DNA of 64,000 nucleotides from an uncultured virus (IMG/VR IMGVR_UViG_3300022660_003376) (IMGVR_UViG_3300022660_003376); one strand, 5' to 3'. Numbered from the stretch's first letter, positions 19,286 through 29,990 are shown. Notes: generated by a model not told the origin, from the letters alone. Numbers and translations: made by a program.

Positions 19286-20707
19286 GTGAGAGTAAGGTTA
19301 AAGGGTGTTATTGTAACGTTAATCGTTAATGCTTTTGCTTTAATGACAGTAGATGTAGTATCCGAGATAAATAAATTACAGAGTGGTATGGAGAGACTTG
19401 ATTATATCTTTGATAACTCTGTAGATATGGCGATACAAAATTCAATGGCTTCGGAGGAATTCTTTAGCGATGAGTTTCAGCACAAACTTGGGTCTTATGC
19501 GACAAATGGTGTTAGTGCGAGTCCAATAACCGCAAATCTAATGATATTGCGTGATGGTTGGGTACGTGGCAACTCATACATAATGACGATGTATTGTGGT
19601 GAGCATGGTATGTTTCCTTTAACGCAGTCAGCGTATGATACATTTGCCGAGGGTATTACGACTGAGGATGTATATGAGTACTTATTTGGTACAGTTGGTG
19701 ATGATACGGGTAGTTCAGCGTTACTTTGGGCTAATTTAAACTATGATGGTTTATATGTGCATGATATAACTGCAAGAATACCGAATAAAGACTTTAAGGA
19801 ATACTATATGGGTGTAGGTAAGACGATTACCTCAACGCAGTTTGTAAGGGAAAAGACAGTTGATAGTTGGACATTAAAAGAGACTGAATTGCCAGTCTTA
19901 GCACAAATGGGTTTAAAGCTTGATGCTATAAACGAGTCCAACTTAGGTGCATCTGAGACAGGTGCAAACTATGTTTCTGTAGTACATAGAGGTAAGTTGC
20001 TAAGTGGTAGTTTGGATAGGTCTAGTTATTACTTGACTCCATATTCGTTAGGCGTGACATATTTACCGTTAGACGTATTAATGGTAAATATAAGAGCCAA
20101 CTTAGAGAATACAATACGTTTTTCTAAGTGCAAGCAACTTGGAAACGATGCATCAGATATAATTGGTTCACAGCTAATGGAAACATACAAGTCAGCTGAT
20201 GGTTGTATAAAAACAGACTATTATGTTGATAGTGCAGGAAATCCTGTATCAGACCCAATAGAGCATAAGGGTAGTGCATTCACATGGGGTAGTGATACTG
20301 TAAGGATGATGAATGATGGGCAAGTGGAATATGATTTAACCACGCTTCAGGTTAAGGTAGATTACTTCACAGTAGACTTCTATGACAACAATAACTGGAG
20401 AATAGTAAGTGCTGTAGAGGGTGCAATACCGTACAGTTCTGACTTTACAGAGTTACCTAATAAGCTCAGGGAAACAGACACATCTGAAAATCCAGACGGT
20501 AATAGAATAGTTGCAAGAGTATCAGCAAAGATACGTTTGCATATCCCGTATAAATCATCAGTAATGCAGTGGTACATTAATAAATATGGTGTTTCTACTA
20601 CAGAGCATTATGATATTGCAAGATACGGTAGTGCTACAGGTGATGTTATAACTGATGCAGACGGTGTATGGTACTACTATACAACATATGTATCGATTTC
20701 GAGATAA
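19286..20707 (+). CDS. TadG/adhesin-like membrane-anchored protein
   Basis: N-terminal hydrophobic segment and large extracellular domain at the end of the Tad operon; GTG start. Confidence 0.45.
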   Translation: MRVRLKGVIVTLIVNAFALMTVDVVSEINKLQSGMERLDYIFDNSVDMAIQNSMASEEFFSDEFQHKLGSYATNGVSASPITANLMILRDGWVRGNSYIMTMYCGEHGMFPLTQSAYDTFAEGITTEDVYEYLFGTVGDDTGSSALLWANLNYDGLYVHDITARIPNKDFKEYYMGVGKTITSTQFVREKTVDSWTLKETELPVLAQMGLKLDAINESNLGASETGANYVSVVHRGKLLSGSLDRSSYYLTPYSLGVTYLPLDVLMVNIRANLENTIRFSKCKQLGNDASDIIGSQLMETYKSADGCIKTDYYVDSAGNPVSDPIEHKGSAFTWGSDTVRMMNDGQVEYDLTTLQVKVDYFTVDFYDNNNWRIVSAVEGAIPYSSDFTELPNKLRETDTSENPDGNRIVARVSAKIRLHIPYKSSVMQWYINKYGVSTTEHYDIARYGSATGDVITDADGVWYYYTTYVSISR

Positions 20708-20718
20708 GGGGGTATGTT

Positions 20719-21243
20719 ATGGAAAGCAGGCAGTTAGTGGTAGTTTCTGAGGTAGACAACTTGGAGTTCTTGAAGTTACATGGTTTTAGCCCTGTGGAGT
20801 TTTACACTGACGTTAATATGTTTAAGAAAAAGTCAATCTTCTTTAACAATGCTATAGTGTTATTTATAACTCAGGGTAATTGTTATTTTTCGAGGAAACA
20901 GCTATTAGATTTATATAATCACATGGTATCCAGAGCAGAAGACGACAGTGACACTGGGGTATATGATGCTTTGTTATTATCTGATACAGTAATTCCAACT
21001 TGTAAGGATTATTTATACTATGAGGATTATCCACTGGCAGTTACAAGATACGGTGGTAGGTTTGCAAAGAGCAAAGCTCTTGACTTATTAAAGATGTTGG
21101 AGTATGATGCAAGTCCAACAACTGTAAGATACCTAAAGGATAGCGATTATGGTTTCAACGACTCTGCCTTAGAACTTGTTCGTTCACCAAGAGAGCAGGA
21201 AGAAGAGTTGATATCCAAGATAAAAATACCCGATATAGTATAA
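20719..21243 (+). CDS. Hypothetical protein (last gene of Tad operon)
   Basis: AGGGGG RBS before ATG 20719. Confidence 0.7.
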   Translation: MESRQLVVVSEVDNLEFLKLHGFSPVEFYTDVNMFKKKSIFFNNAIVLFITQGNCYFSRKQLLDLYNHMVSRAEDDSDTGVYDALLLSDTVIPTCKDYLYYEDYPLAVTRYGGRFAKSKALDLLKMLEYDASPTTVRYLKDSDYGFNDSALELVRSPREQEEELISKIKIPDIV

Positions 21244-21272
21244 CGTCATAAGTTATGCTATAAGCTATGTTG

Positions 21273-21308
21273 TATGGTGTGTGATTTATTGTCACGCACC
21301 ATATTTTT
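21273..21308 (+). terminator. Terminator of the Tad operon
   Basis: tatggtgtgtga/tcacgcaccata stem followed by T tract. Confidence 0.7.
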
Positions 21309-21321
21309 GTGATATTGAGGT

Positions 21322-21372
21322 TTGAATTGATTCTAGCAAAAATTGAATTGATTCGGGACAAAATTGTTATTA
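21322..21372. promoter_or_regulatory. Phased TTGAATTGA motifs upstream of parM (candidate parC/operator)
   Basis: ttgaattga at 21322 and 21343, ttgttatta at 21364: 21-bp period, same motif as the 3015-3505 array. Confidence 0.6.
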
Positions 21373-21439
21373 GTTTTGTTTTCATATTGCTGATATGGTG
21401 ATATATTTACAACTATTTATATTGTAGGAGGTATTCAAC

Positions 21440-22642
21440 ATGGTATCAGGAAAGGGAAGGGTAGTTATCGATTTTGGTAACAGCCAGACAAGATGTTCTG
21501 TTTTGTTCGGAAAGGATAAGACAGGAAAATATCATGAGAAGAATTTTGTTCTTTCAAATAGGTTTGCGTTAGTGGATAGCAATTATACACTTCCAGCAGA
21601 CTATGATGAAGAGACAAGTAGTATTCTTCATTGCAAAGCCGTAGTTGACGGTAAAGCATTTGAGAGTACAATTGCAAACGGTGAAGTGCAGTTAAGAGAG
21701 TTCAATACTTCTCCGTTAAGACCAAGTGCATTGGAGAAGAAGCATAAGAGTGTAACAACAGCTTGCTCATTTCAGTTAGCTATGCTTCATGCGTTCAAGG
21801 CTGTAGCGAGACTATCGAGGGTATCATCTCTTGATGCTTTAGATATAAGTTGGACTATAGTTGCTCTGTTACCCCCAGGAGATTTCTCTGAGGAGAGCAG
21901 AGATGAGTTTACAGCTCTTATAAAGAGTGTTGAGTCTGTAAAGACTAACAACGTAGACTTAAAAATAAATATTGATTCTGTAAAGATACTGCCAGAAGGT
22001 TTCTGTGCTTTTATAGGCTGTATTTTCGATAGAGGTCAGGTAATACGTCCAGAGCAGAAGTATATGCTCTCAGAAACAACACTGGTATTTGATATAGGTG
22101 CTGGTACAACTGACATTATGATTATCAAGGATAATCGTACAATAAACAATACGATGTACACTATCGAAAAGGGTGGAAATAACGTAACTCAGACAGTTAA
22201 GCGTGAGTTGAGAAAAATGGGTATCGTTATTCAGGAAACCGAACTCAACGAGGGTATCGCTACTGGCTATATAAAAGACGGTGCAAAGACTCTTGATATA
22301 TCAAAGCTTATTACTAAGGCTAAAGAGGAACTTGCAAATGCTCTTGTTTCAGAAGCGAAAGGTTACTTCGAAGACATTCAATTCCCTATAAGAAGTATTG
22401 GTAGGGTACTTTGTTGTGGTGGCGGTGCAATGTCATCAACTGAAGGTGGTACAACTGCAGTGAGTGAGGGTATCGTTACATTCCTTAAAACATTGTCACC
22501 GAACATTGAGATGGTAGAGTATCCTGATAAGCAAGTAACTAAGTTTAACGAAGACGGTACTCCTTACACAGAGGTAGTGAAAATCTCACCAAGAGATTTA
22601 AATATCGTTGGTGCAAGTATACTTGCTGAGGTTATGCCATGA
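21440..22642 (+). CDS. parM: ParM/StbA-family actin-like ATPase
   Basis: VVIDFGNSQT, ILPEG, VFDIGAGTTD, CCGGGA actin-fold motifs. Confidence 0.85.
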   Translation: MVSGKGRVVIDFGNSQTRCSVLFGKDKTGKYHEKNFVLSNRFALVDSNYTLPADYDEETSSILHCKAVVDGKAFESTIANGEVQLREFNTSPLRPSALEKKHKSVTTACSFQLAMLHAFKAVARLSRVSSLDALDISWTIVALLPPGDFSEESRDEFTALIKSVESVKTNNVDLKINIDSVKILPEGFCAFIGCIFDRGQVIRPEQKYMLSETTLVFDIGAGTTDIMIIKDNRTINNTMYTIEKGGNNVTQTVKRELRKMGIVIQETELNEGIATGYIKDGAKTLDISKLITKAKEELANALVSEAKGYFEDIQFPIRSIGRVLCCGGGAMSSTEGGTTAVSEGIVTFLKTLSPNIEMVEYPDKQVTKFNEDGTPYTEVVKISPRDLNIVGASILAEVMP

Positions 22643-25197
22643 TATTCTTATCAGAAAGATTACCAGATGATGCGGTAGTTTTCATAAAAGAGTTTATAAG
22701 TAAATTTACCGATACAGAGTATGAAACGTTGACACAAAACTCTGTTATTGGTAAGTTGTCTTATAAAGCTATGTATCCAGACGTAGAACTGGTATTTCTC
22801 GATAAGGGGATGTATGAGTTATGTTCTTCGAAGAGCATAGAAATACTGGATACTGTTAAAGTTCACAGGTACGTTGACATAAATTCACTTGAAGTTTTTC
22901 TTAAAGATTTCTATGGTGATTCTGAGTTAGTGGTTAATATTGATGAGGATTTATTGGTTTCGCAGGGTCAGAGTGAGTCAGAACTTGAGGAAGAAATAAA
23001 CTCTCTCAAAGTGCAGTTATCAACTGCTCAGTTTACAATCAGTAATTTACAGGCTCAAATTGCACAGCATGATGATGGTGAGATAAACGACCTAGTACAA
23101 ACAATTGCTGAATTGAGACGTGAACTTGAGGAAAAAGATGAAGCACTTAGGGATAATTCAGTTGAAGCTATTTCTCAGGAAGATTATTCTTTAGTAAAAG
23201 AAGAACTTACTAGGGTTCAGAGTAAGAATGAAGAGTTGAGTACCAAGCTAGAAGCACAAACGGGTACTATTACTGCTCTTGAGAATGATAATGCTAATCT
23301 TAGAGATGATTGCTCAGGTCTTAAATCAAAGGTTGAGGAACTTAGTATTCGGAATGCACAATACGAGACTGCAAATACTGAGTTAAAAACAACTTTAAAG
23401 GATGTAGATACACAATTAAAGCAGATGCAGGATGAGTCTACAGAGAAGTTAGATTTAGTTAATGAGTTGTCTGAAAAGAGTAAAGCATTGGAAGCCTTAC
23501 AGGAACAGTACGACATTATTGTAGATGACTTGGGTACGGCGAATAAGTCAATAACAAGTTTGAAAGATGAAGTTACTGGGCTTGATAATCTTTGCAAGGA
23601 CAAAGACGCTGAAATAGATAATTTAAAGGGTACTATAGACGACTGCTTATCTACATATAAGTTGACTACACAGGAATTGAATGATGAGATTTCTCAATTA
23701 AAAGATAAGTTGAAGACCCAGGAAGGTTTGACTGAGGTAGCCGAGTCTGAGGTTACAAAGCATCAGGGTGAAATTTCTCAATTAAAAGATGATTTAAGGA
23801 TTCAGAAAGGCTTAACTGAAGATTTTATGAGTAAAACCCTAGAGGTTCAGAATGAAAATTGTCAGTTGAAAGCTAGTTTAGAAATTCAAGAAGACTTAAA
23901 TAATGAGCTTAAGGCTAAGGTTGATACCTTGGAAGTAAAACTTGATGATAAAGATGAGTATTACATAAACAAGATGAAGTCCATCGAGGATGACTTAAAA
24001 GAAAAGCTTGATGATAAGGATAAGGATTGTACAAGCAAGATAAAGTCTATCGAGGATGATTTAAATGAAAGGCTTGATGAGGTAGCGTCTTTAAAGAAAG
24101 ATTTAAAAGAAAAGGTTGCTGAGATAGCATCTTTAAATAAAGACTTAAAAGCTTCCGCTGAGAGAGAAAAACTAGGCAATGATGCTATAATAGAAAATGC
24201 AAAACTAAGGGGTACTATTACGACATTAGAGCAACAAGAGGAGAAGTTGAGGAATAAGAATTCGGAACAAGCCAATGAGATAACAAGGCTTAAAACAAGT
24301 GAAATAAACGGCTCGGTAGTTGCTAGACTACAGGATGAATTAGCTAAATGCAACAATAAATTAACAACTAATGAAAAGCTATATGCAGACAAGGAAATGA
24401 GATTAAACGGAAATATAAAATTACTACAAGCTGAATTAAAAGATGCTAGACAGGAAGCAACAGATATAAGAACGGAGTTGACACAAACAAAAGCAAAATT
24501 AACTGAGATACGTAACTCTGTGTTCACATCTTTATCTGATGTATCTAAGCCTAAGAATAGTATCTCAATACTACTTAAAACGCCTGATAAGGTATACAAT
24601 AATATGTATGCAGTTGCTTCGGGTAGTCCTGAAAGTGATGCTTTATTATATTCTACACTGAGTAAGCATGCTAAGGCAAATCCGAAGAAGAGTTTTCTCA
24701 TTGTAGACTTGGCACATCAGACCTATATTGATAGGGAGTTTGTTATAAACAAAGTAGTTTCACCGATAGCTTGGTTACAGGGTACAGACACACCTGATAA
24801 GTACTTAGCATCAACAGGGCTTAGTAATGTAAAAGTTATGGCAACATCGTTAAATTATTTCAATGAGTTAGCCTTTTTAGAGGTATCTTGGGTTCAGCGA
24901 CTTGAGGAATTATCTCATATGGCGGATACAGTAATAATATCCGTTGGTTCATTAGGTGGTATAGTTACAGGAATACTCTTTAGTTCGTTTACAAAAGCAA
25001 TGAGAGGAAATGTAATAGTGAAAACCTCTCCTATAAGTTTGAGAACGGCAATTGTTAATCTCAGTGGTTTAACAAATTGCAAGACCTTGACAGTATCTTG
25101 TTCAGAACCTACTGTTGCTTCGGAGAAATTATTTAATTCATTAAAGGCTAAATGGGAGGATGTGCGTATATTGAACGAGGGTACATCTATATTCTAG
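22639..25197 (+). CDS. Long coiled-coil protein with C-terminal degenerate MinD/ParA-like domain
   Basis: About 500 aa of heptad-rich sequence; C-terminal YAVASGSPES, FLIVDL, ADTVIISVG; overlaps parM stop (ATGA). Confidence 0.7.
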   Translation: MIFLSERLPDDAVVFIKEFISKFTDTEYETLTQNSVIGKLSYKAMYPDVELVFLDKGMYELCSSKSIEILDTVKVHRYVDINSLEVFLKDFYGDSELVVNIDEDLLVSQGQSESELEEEINSLKVQLSTAQFTISNLQAQIAQHDDGEINDLVQTIAELRRELEEKDEALRDNSVEAISQEDYSLVKEELTRVQSKNEELSTKLEAQTGTITALENDNANLRDDCSGLKSKVEELSIRNAQYETANTELKTTLKDVDTQLKQMQDESTEKLDLVNELSEKSKALEALQEQYDIIVDDLGTANKSITSLKDEVTGLDNLCKDKDAEIDNLKGTIDDCLSTYKLTTQELNDEISQLKDKLKTQEGLTEVAESEVTKHQGEISQLKDDLRIQKGLTEDFMSKTLEVQNENCQLKASLEIQEDLNNELKAKVDTLEVKLDDKDEYYINKMKSIEDDLKEKLDDKDKDCTSKIKSIEDDLNERLDEVASLKKDLKEKVAEIASLNKDLKASAEREKLGNDAIIENAKLRGTITTLEQQEEKLRNKNSEQANEITRLKTSEINGSVVARLQDELAKCNNKLTTNEKLYADKEMRLNGNIKLLQAELKDARQEATDIRTELTQTKAKLTEIRNSVFTSLSDVSKPKNSISILLKTPDKVYNNMYAVASGSPESDALLYSTLSKHAKANPKKSFLIVDLAHQTYIDREFVINKVVSPIAWLQGTDTPDKYLASTGLSNVKVMATSLNYFNELAFLEVSWVQRLEELSHMADTVIISVGSLGGIVTGILFSSFTKAMRGNVIVKTSPISLRTAIVNLSGLTNCKTLTVSCSEPTVASEKLFNSLKAKWEDVRILNEGTSIF

Positions 25198-25219
25198 CTT
25201 AGAAAGGAGTGCGTAGTAG

Positions 25220-26164
25220 ATGTCGAGGGTAGGAACGTCTTTAATCTTTGAAGACGAGGATTTCTATGAGGAATACATATTACCGCTGAAGTTAAATAAA
25301 CAGTTGTCACCTTTCTTAATTAAGTTACTTAGGGCATACTTTTTAGATGATAATGTTCGACAGGCAGTAGATAGTTTTGACCTTGAGGATATAATGTTTT
25401 CAGATACAGGTAGCGATAACTTTTCGGATATACTTGCTGATGCACGAAACACATTGGCAATGATGTCAGTGCTTTCTGAAAGTATGGAGGATGAGATAAA
25501 AGCAGGTAAGACTGATATAGATGGTATGTTATCGAAGATTTCAACAATAAATACAGAGCGAGAGTACCGTGAGGAAACTGAAGAAACAGAAGAAGTTATG
25601 GCACTTCCAGTTAAGGAAGCCGAGCCTGTTACGGAGACAGAACCTACTACAGCTACAAAACCGAGTGCAACAGAAGATAATGCGAGGGTAGAGGCACTGG
25701 AGAAATCCGTAGAAGACTTATCCAAGGGTATGTCGGATATGCAGGCGATGTTTATGACATTCATGCAGAGTATGCAGGCACAGGCAGTACCACCTCAGAC
25801 TATTGTTCCAGCTCCGATAACAGCTACCAACGAGTCGGTAGGGGTTGCTGAGGTTGCGGAAGAGTCAGTTGAGATTACGGAAGAGCCGATAGTAGTCGCT
25901 TCTGAGTCAGTTACGACTGTTGAGGAGTCGGTTATGATTGTTGAGGAGTCGGTTATGGTTCAGCCAACAGCAGAAACTACTACATCAACTGAAGATATAG
26001 TTGAAAAACAGGAGACAGAAGTCGCTCATAGAAGTCATCTTGAAATCATTGCGGATATCAATGAAAAATACGGCTCGCAGTCAGATGAACCTGTAAGTAC
26101 CGAAACAGAAGAACTTGAGGATGGTACAAACAGTCTTTTGACGTTTTTATCCGACTTTGATTAA
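25220..26164 (+). CDS. Candidate ParR-like adaptor (N-terminal ribbon-helix-helix, acidic disordered C-terminus)
   Basis: RVGTSLIF-EDEDFYEEYILPLK-QLSPFLIKLLRAYF has a beta-alpha-alpha pattern; same operon as parM. Confidence 0.45.
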   Translation: MSRVGTSLIFEDEDFYEEYILPLKLNKQLSPFLIKLLRAYFLDDNVRQAVDSFDLEDIMFSDTGSDNFSDILADARNTLAMMSVLSESMEDEIKAGKTDIDGMLSKISTINTEREYREETEETEEVMALPVKEAEPVTETEPTTATKPSATEDNARVEALEKSVEDLSKGMSDMQAMFMTFMQSMQAQAVPPQTIVPAPITATNESVGVAEVAEESVEITEEPIVVASESVTTVEESVMIVEESVMVQPTAETTTSTEDIVEKQETEVAHRSHLEIIADINEKYGSQSDEPVSTETEELEDGTNSLLTFLSDFD

Positions 26165-26178
26165 GGAGGTAAAAATAC

Positions 26179-28101
26179 ATGGATGGTAGAAGTAACAATA
26201 ATCAGATAAATAAACCCCAGAGTAGACCACAAAGGTCTACTACTGGTTTACCCAATCCTAATGAGCCTGTACGCAGACCTCAGATGAAGCAACAGGGAGA
26301 GGGTAACACACAGAAGCAGACACAACAACCAAGGCAGTATACACCGCCTACTCCACAAGTAAAAGAGGTTACATCCCCACAGGAACAGCCTGTTGGGGAG
26401 AGTAGACCCAAGAAAAAGAAGGGTAAGTTTATAGCGTTAGGTATTGCGGTTTTCCTTGTGGTTGGTGCTTTTGGTATAAGAGCGTACAACAAATCGAAGC
26501 CAGCACCTGTGGTAAAGCCTGAGATGGTTGAAAATTTACCATATGACAGTACTGGCAGATATGCTCTTGATACATATTTAGGGTACTTAAAGGAGTATGA
26601 TGCAACTGAAATATTCAAGGTAGCTCCGAACTCATGGGTAGGTAAGGAGTGGAAATACAGTAACTCACTTGAGTTACGTCAGAATTGGATAAAATCAGTG
26701 TGTGCTTATTTAAATTTTGAGTATCCTACATACAATGCTTTAGACACAAACGGAAATGAGTTTATTGATGAAAACGGTAGCACAGTTCAGTTGCAATCTG
26801 ATATGCTTAAAAATGAGTCAATAAAGGTAACTGTAGTAGATTATGCAACAATGGCTGTTACAATGCGTGAGGATAAAGAGCAGATACTTAGTGCATATAA
26901 GGCATCGGGGTATTCTCCTGAAGATTACACGTATAATGAGGAAATGGTCGAGTTAATGTTGGATTATTTACTTTCAAAGTCCAATTATCCTACTAAGGTA
27001 GTTGAACTTACAATTCCGATAGAGAGTGCCACATCTAAGACTGAAACTGTTGAAGCAGATAATACAGATAACACTATGAGTTACATTGGAGCGTATCAAA
27101 TTGCGGATGACTCTGAACTTGATAAGCTATTGTTTTCTTCGGATGAGTTTCACGACTTATGTGATACATATTCGGATTTAATTGCAGAATACGAGTATAG
27201 CGTAAGTAAGACAGCTTACAATGAGGCTGTTGCTAAACAAAATGAGGAGAAGAAGGCTGATGCTGATGCATTAACGGCAAGGCTTGAGGCAGAGGAAATA
27301 ACTCAATTGGAGTATGATTTATTGAATGCTGAAACTCGTTTTACTGAGGAAGAACTCAACAAGAAAATAGAGGAAGAGGACTTAGACATCTCTGATACTG
27401 TAAAAACAGAGTTAATGCAACCTAAGAAGGAGTATCCAGAAATACCGCCTTTAAAGAGCAAGGCAGATATGTTTGGTACTGAGAGTGTAGTTCATTATAC
27501 ATGGTGCGGTGCGTATTTCTGTAAGAATGAATATGAGGGTGATTTAAATACTGAACCACAAGTTGGTGATGGTACATTTGAATTGCCAGCAGGTGTGGGC
27601 ACTTCAATAGTTACTAAAGCTTTATGTTCAGATGGTTTATGGCATGATATAAAAGTGACTTTGATGAATTACTGTACTGGCGAAGATGCAATAGTTTATG
27701 CTCAGAAGTATTCAGAGAAGAATAGAGGTTGGGATAAGGATAGTCTTACTCAATTAATTTGCTATGAGGTACAAATAGAAAACCTTGAGGGTATCGAGAT
27801 ATCATTGGATTCGCAGATGTTTTTATCGGATAAAAACAGTAATAAATCCACGAGAACTGGTTCAATATTTGGATTTACTGAGTCAATAACCTTAAAACCA
27901 TACGAAACTGGTTATATCAACGATTGGGCTACATCGACTGAGTTACCATACAAGTACTTGTGTTGGGGTAGTGAGTTTTCAAGAGAGTACCCGATAGTGT
28001 GGTTCAGGGTACTGGCAGGCAGTGGCGAAGAAATTGAGGAATATGATGCTACAGCATCATATGTTGGAATACAAAATTCAGTTGTAAAAGACGAAGAGTA
28101 G
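26179..28101 (+). CDS. Membrane-anchored extracellular protein, possible C-terminal Ig-like (DUF4352-type) domain
   Basis: Pro/Gln-rich N-terminus, KKKKGK then TM helix; CYEVQIENL and TLKPYETG at the C-terminus. Confidence 0.6.
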   Translation: MDGRSNNNQINKPQSRPQRSTTGLPNPNEPVRRPQMKQQGEGNTQKQTQQPRQYTPPTPQVKEVTSPQEQPVGESRPKKKKGKFIALGIAVFLVVGAFGIRAYNKSKPAPVVKPEMVENLPYDSTGRYALDTYLGYLKEYDATEIFKVAPNSWVGKEWKYSNSLELRQNWIKSVCAYLNFEYPTYNALDTNGNEFIDENGSTVQLQSDMLKNESIKVTVVDYATMAVTMREDKEQILSAYKASGYSPEDYTYNEEMVELMLDYLLSKSNYPTKVVELTIPIESATSKTETVEADNTDNTMSYIGAYQIADDSELDKLLFSSDEFHDLCDTYSDLIAEYEYSVSKTAYNEAVAKQNEEKKADADALTARLEAEEITQLEYDLLNAETRFTEEELNKKIEEEDLDISDTVKTELMQPKKEYPEIPPLKSKADMFGTESVVHYTWCGAYFCKNEYEGDLNTEPQVGDGTFELPAGVGTSIVTKALCSDGLWHDIKVTLMNYCTGEDAIVYAQKYSEKNRGWDKDSLTQLICYEVQIENLEGIEISLDSQMFLSDKNSNKSTRTGSIFGFTESITLKPYETGYINDWATSTELPYKYLCWGSEFSREYPIVWFRVLAGSGEEIEEYDATASYVGIQNSVVKDEE

Positions 28102-28220
28102 TAGACAACAAGTATAGGCAATATTGTATTGCTTATACTGAAATACATTATATAAAACATAGTGTATTTCAGTATGAGTTATGCTTTTCTGAGGAAAACC
28201 TCATGAAATAAATAGTTGGC

Positions 28221-28250
28221 AAGAAGGGTACTCTCATGAGTACCTTTTTT
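28221..28250 (+). terminator. Intrinsic terminator
   Basis: aagaagggtactc/gagtacctttttt. Confidence 0.8.
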
Positions 28251-28803
28251 GTTGTAACCTAAGTATTTTCTGCATTTTCGGAGATTTTTAAAATAGAGTT
28301 GACTTCTCGATATTTTCTGTAATTTAAATATGAAAAGAGGGCAAGGCGACTTTATAAGACTGCTTTCGTCAGTTTAATGAAAGCTATGTAATTTTATAGC
28401 ATTTGAAGTGCAATATTAAAAATATTTTTATAAAACTGATTTCAAAACTTTTAGATAATTTGTATTTTTCGTAGTTCTGATGGTTGAAAATATCGTTGCT
28501 AATTTTAAACGTGTTATTATATAAGTTAGTTGTAGTTGAACCGTAATACTTACTTATATAACGGAGAGTATTTTGTGGAGGTGTGCATATGTATAGTTTA
28601 GTAAACTCGGTAAGTGCAGACATATTTTTAGTATATAATATGGTATAAGGGGATGCTCAAGAATTGTCTTAATGTGCAGATAACTTATCTGTAAGTATAC
28701 TAATCAGTTAAGTATATTGTTCTAAGCATATAAGAAATAGCTACACATGATATTTAGTGCAAGATAAATTGTATTATACAAATAAATTTTGGAGGAGTAT
28801 ATT

Positions 28804-29949
28804 ATGTTCAAAAGGAGTACTACAGACTCACGAAGAGTCAGGATAGTAGACTACGCACATATGGCTTGGTCGTATGCACATGGTAATGCAACACCGCTAA
28901 GTTGTATGTTAGAGGTTAATGGTGTAAAGCAAGTTGTGGATACAACAATCCCAGCGTATACAATAAAGGCGTTAAACAGATATGCAAAGAACGGGGTGTA
29001 TCCGCTAGTAGTTTGTTTTGATAGTAAGGGTTGTTCAGCCTGTCGAAAGGTGTATTTTTCGAAGATATGGGGTATCGATTCAGAGGCTCAGTGCAAAGGT
29101 TATAAGGCTAGACGAGAGTTACCAAGCGGTAGTTTCTTTGATGGAATAAATATAACATCAAGCTTTTTGGTTGAGGCAGGTGTAACTGTTCTCAAGGCAG
29201 AGCACTATGAGGCAGATGACTTAGTAAAGGCTAGTGTTGACGCAGCCAAAAGAATGTATCCCGATTTACCGATAGACATAATTACAGGCGACCATGACCT
29301 TGTTCCGTTGGTAGATGAACAAGTAAGTGTATATCTAAGAAGTGTTAAGACTACATGGGCTGAAAGTAGAGACATAGAAATTCCACACTATGTTCAGATA
29401 ACACCTAAGAACTATCAGGAACATCTGCAGGGTCTAAGTACATATAAGACAAGCAAGTTACAGATTCCATACAACACTGTATTACTTGCTAAGTTACTCA
29501 GAGGGGATAAATCAGACGAAATTCCAGGCAAGTCAGATTGGAAGCCTAAGGTGTATAATCAGCTGATAGATATTCTACAGGCTGAAGAAGACATAGAAAA
29601 CTTATTTGTATATGATGCACCTGTAAAGAATATAGTATACAAGGACAGTTGGTTACCTGTACCGAGTGATAAGATAGCAACAACTCCAAGAGACCAGATG
29701 ATGGTTAAGTGGGGTGAACCGCCAGCTTTAACGAGAATATGTGAGGTACTGAGTAAATACTGTGAAGAAGACGACATAAATCACATAAGAAACATATATA
29801 ACGGAATAAATCTAAACGGTGCTTTCACAGGTTTACCAGACGGGTACAATAGAAGTCCAGCTGTAGTTACAGCCGAGATAAAAGGGTACTCACCGATTAG
29901 GTTGCAGGCTGTAGTATCTAAGTTAGGGATTAACATACCTAATGTATGA
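28804..29949 (+). CDS. Stand-alone 5'-3' exonuclease / flap endonuclease (PolA N-terminal-like)
   Basis: IVD, VVCFD, YKARR, YEADD, TGDHD, LRGDKSDEIPG acidic motifs; GGAGGAG before ATG 28804. Confidence 0.9.
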   Translation: MFKRSTTDSRRVRIVDYAHMAWSYAHGNATPLSCMLEVNGVKQVVDTTIPAYTIKALNRYAKNGVYPLVVCFDSKGCSACRKVYFSKIWGIDSEAQCKGYKARRELPSGSFFDGINITSSFLVEAGVTVLKAEHYEADDLVKASVDAAKRMYPDLPIDIITGDHDLVPLVDEQVSVYLRSVKTTWAESRDIEIPHYVQITPKNYQEHLQGLSTYKTSKLQIPYNTVLLAKLLRGDKSDEIPGKSDWKPKVYNQLIDILQAEEDIENLFVYDAPVKNIVYKDSWLPVPSDKIATTPRDQMMVKWGEPPALTRICEVLSKYCEEDDINHIRNIYNGINLNGAFTGLPDGYNRSPAVVTAEIKGYSPIRLQAVVSKLGINIPNV

Positions 29950-29951
29950 CG

Positions 29952-29990
29952 AAAAAGGGTAGTTCTGCAAGGTTTGAACTACTCTTTTTT
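29952..29990 (+). terminator. Intrinsic terminator
   Basis: aaaaagggtagttc/gaactactctttttt. Confidence 0.75.

Noticed and set aside
22639..25197. SMC protein or phage tape measure
   Set aside because: No N-terminal Walker A, hinge or LSGG motif, and no tail genes nearby
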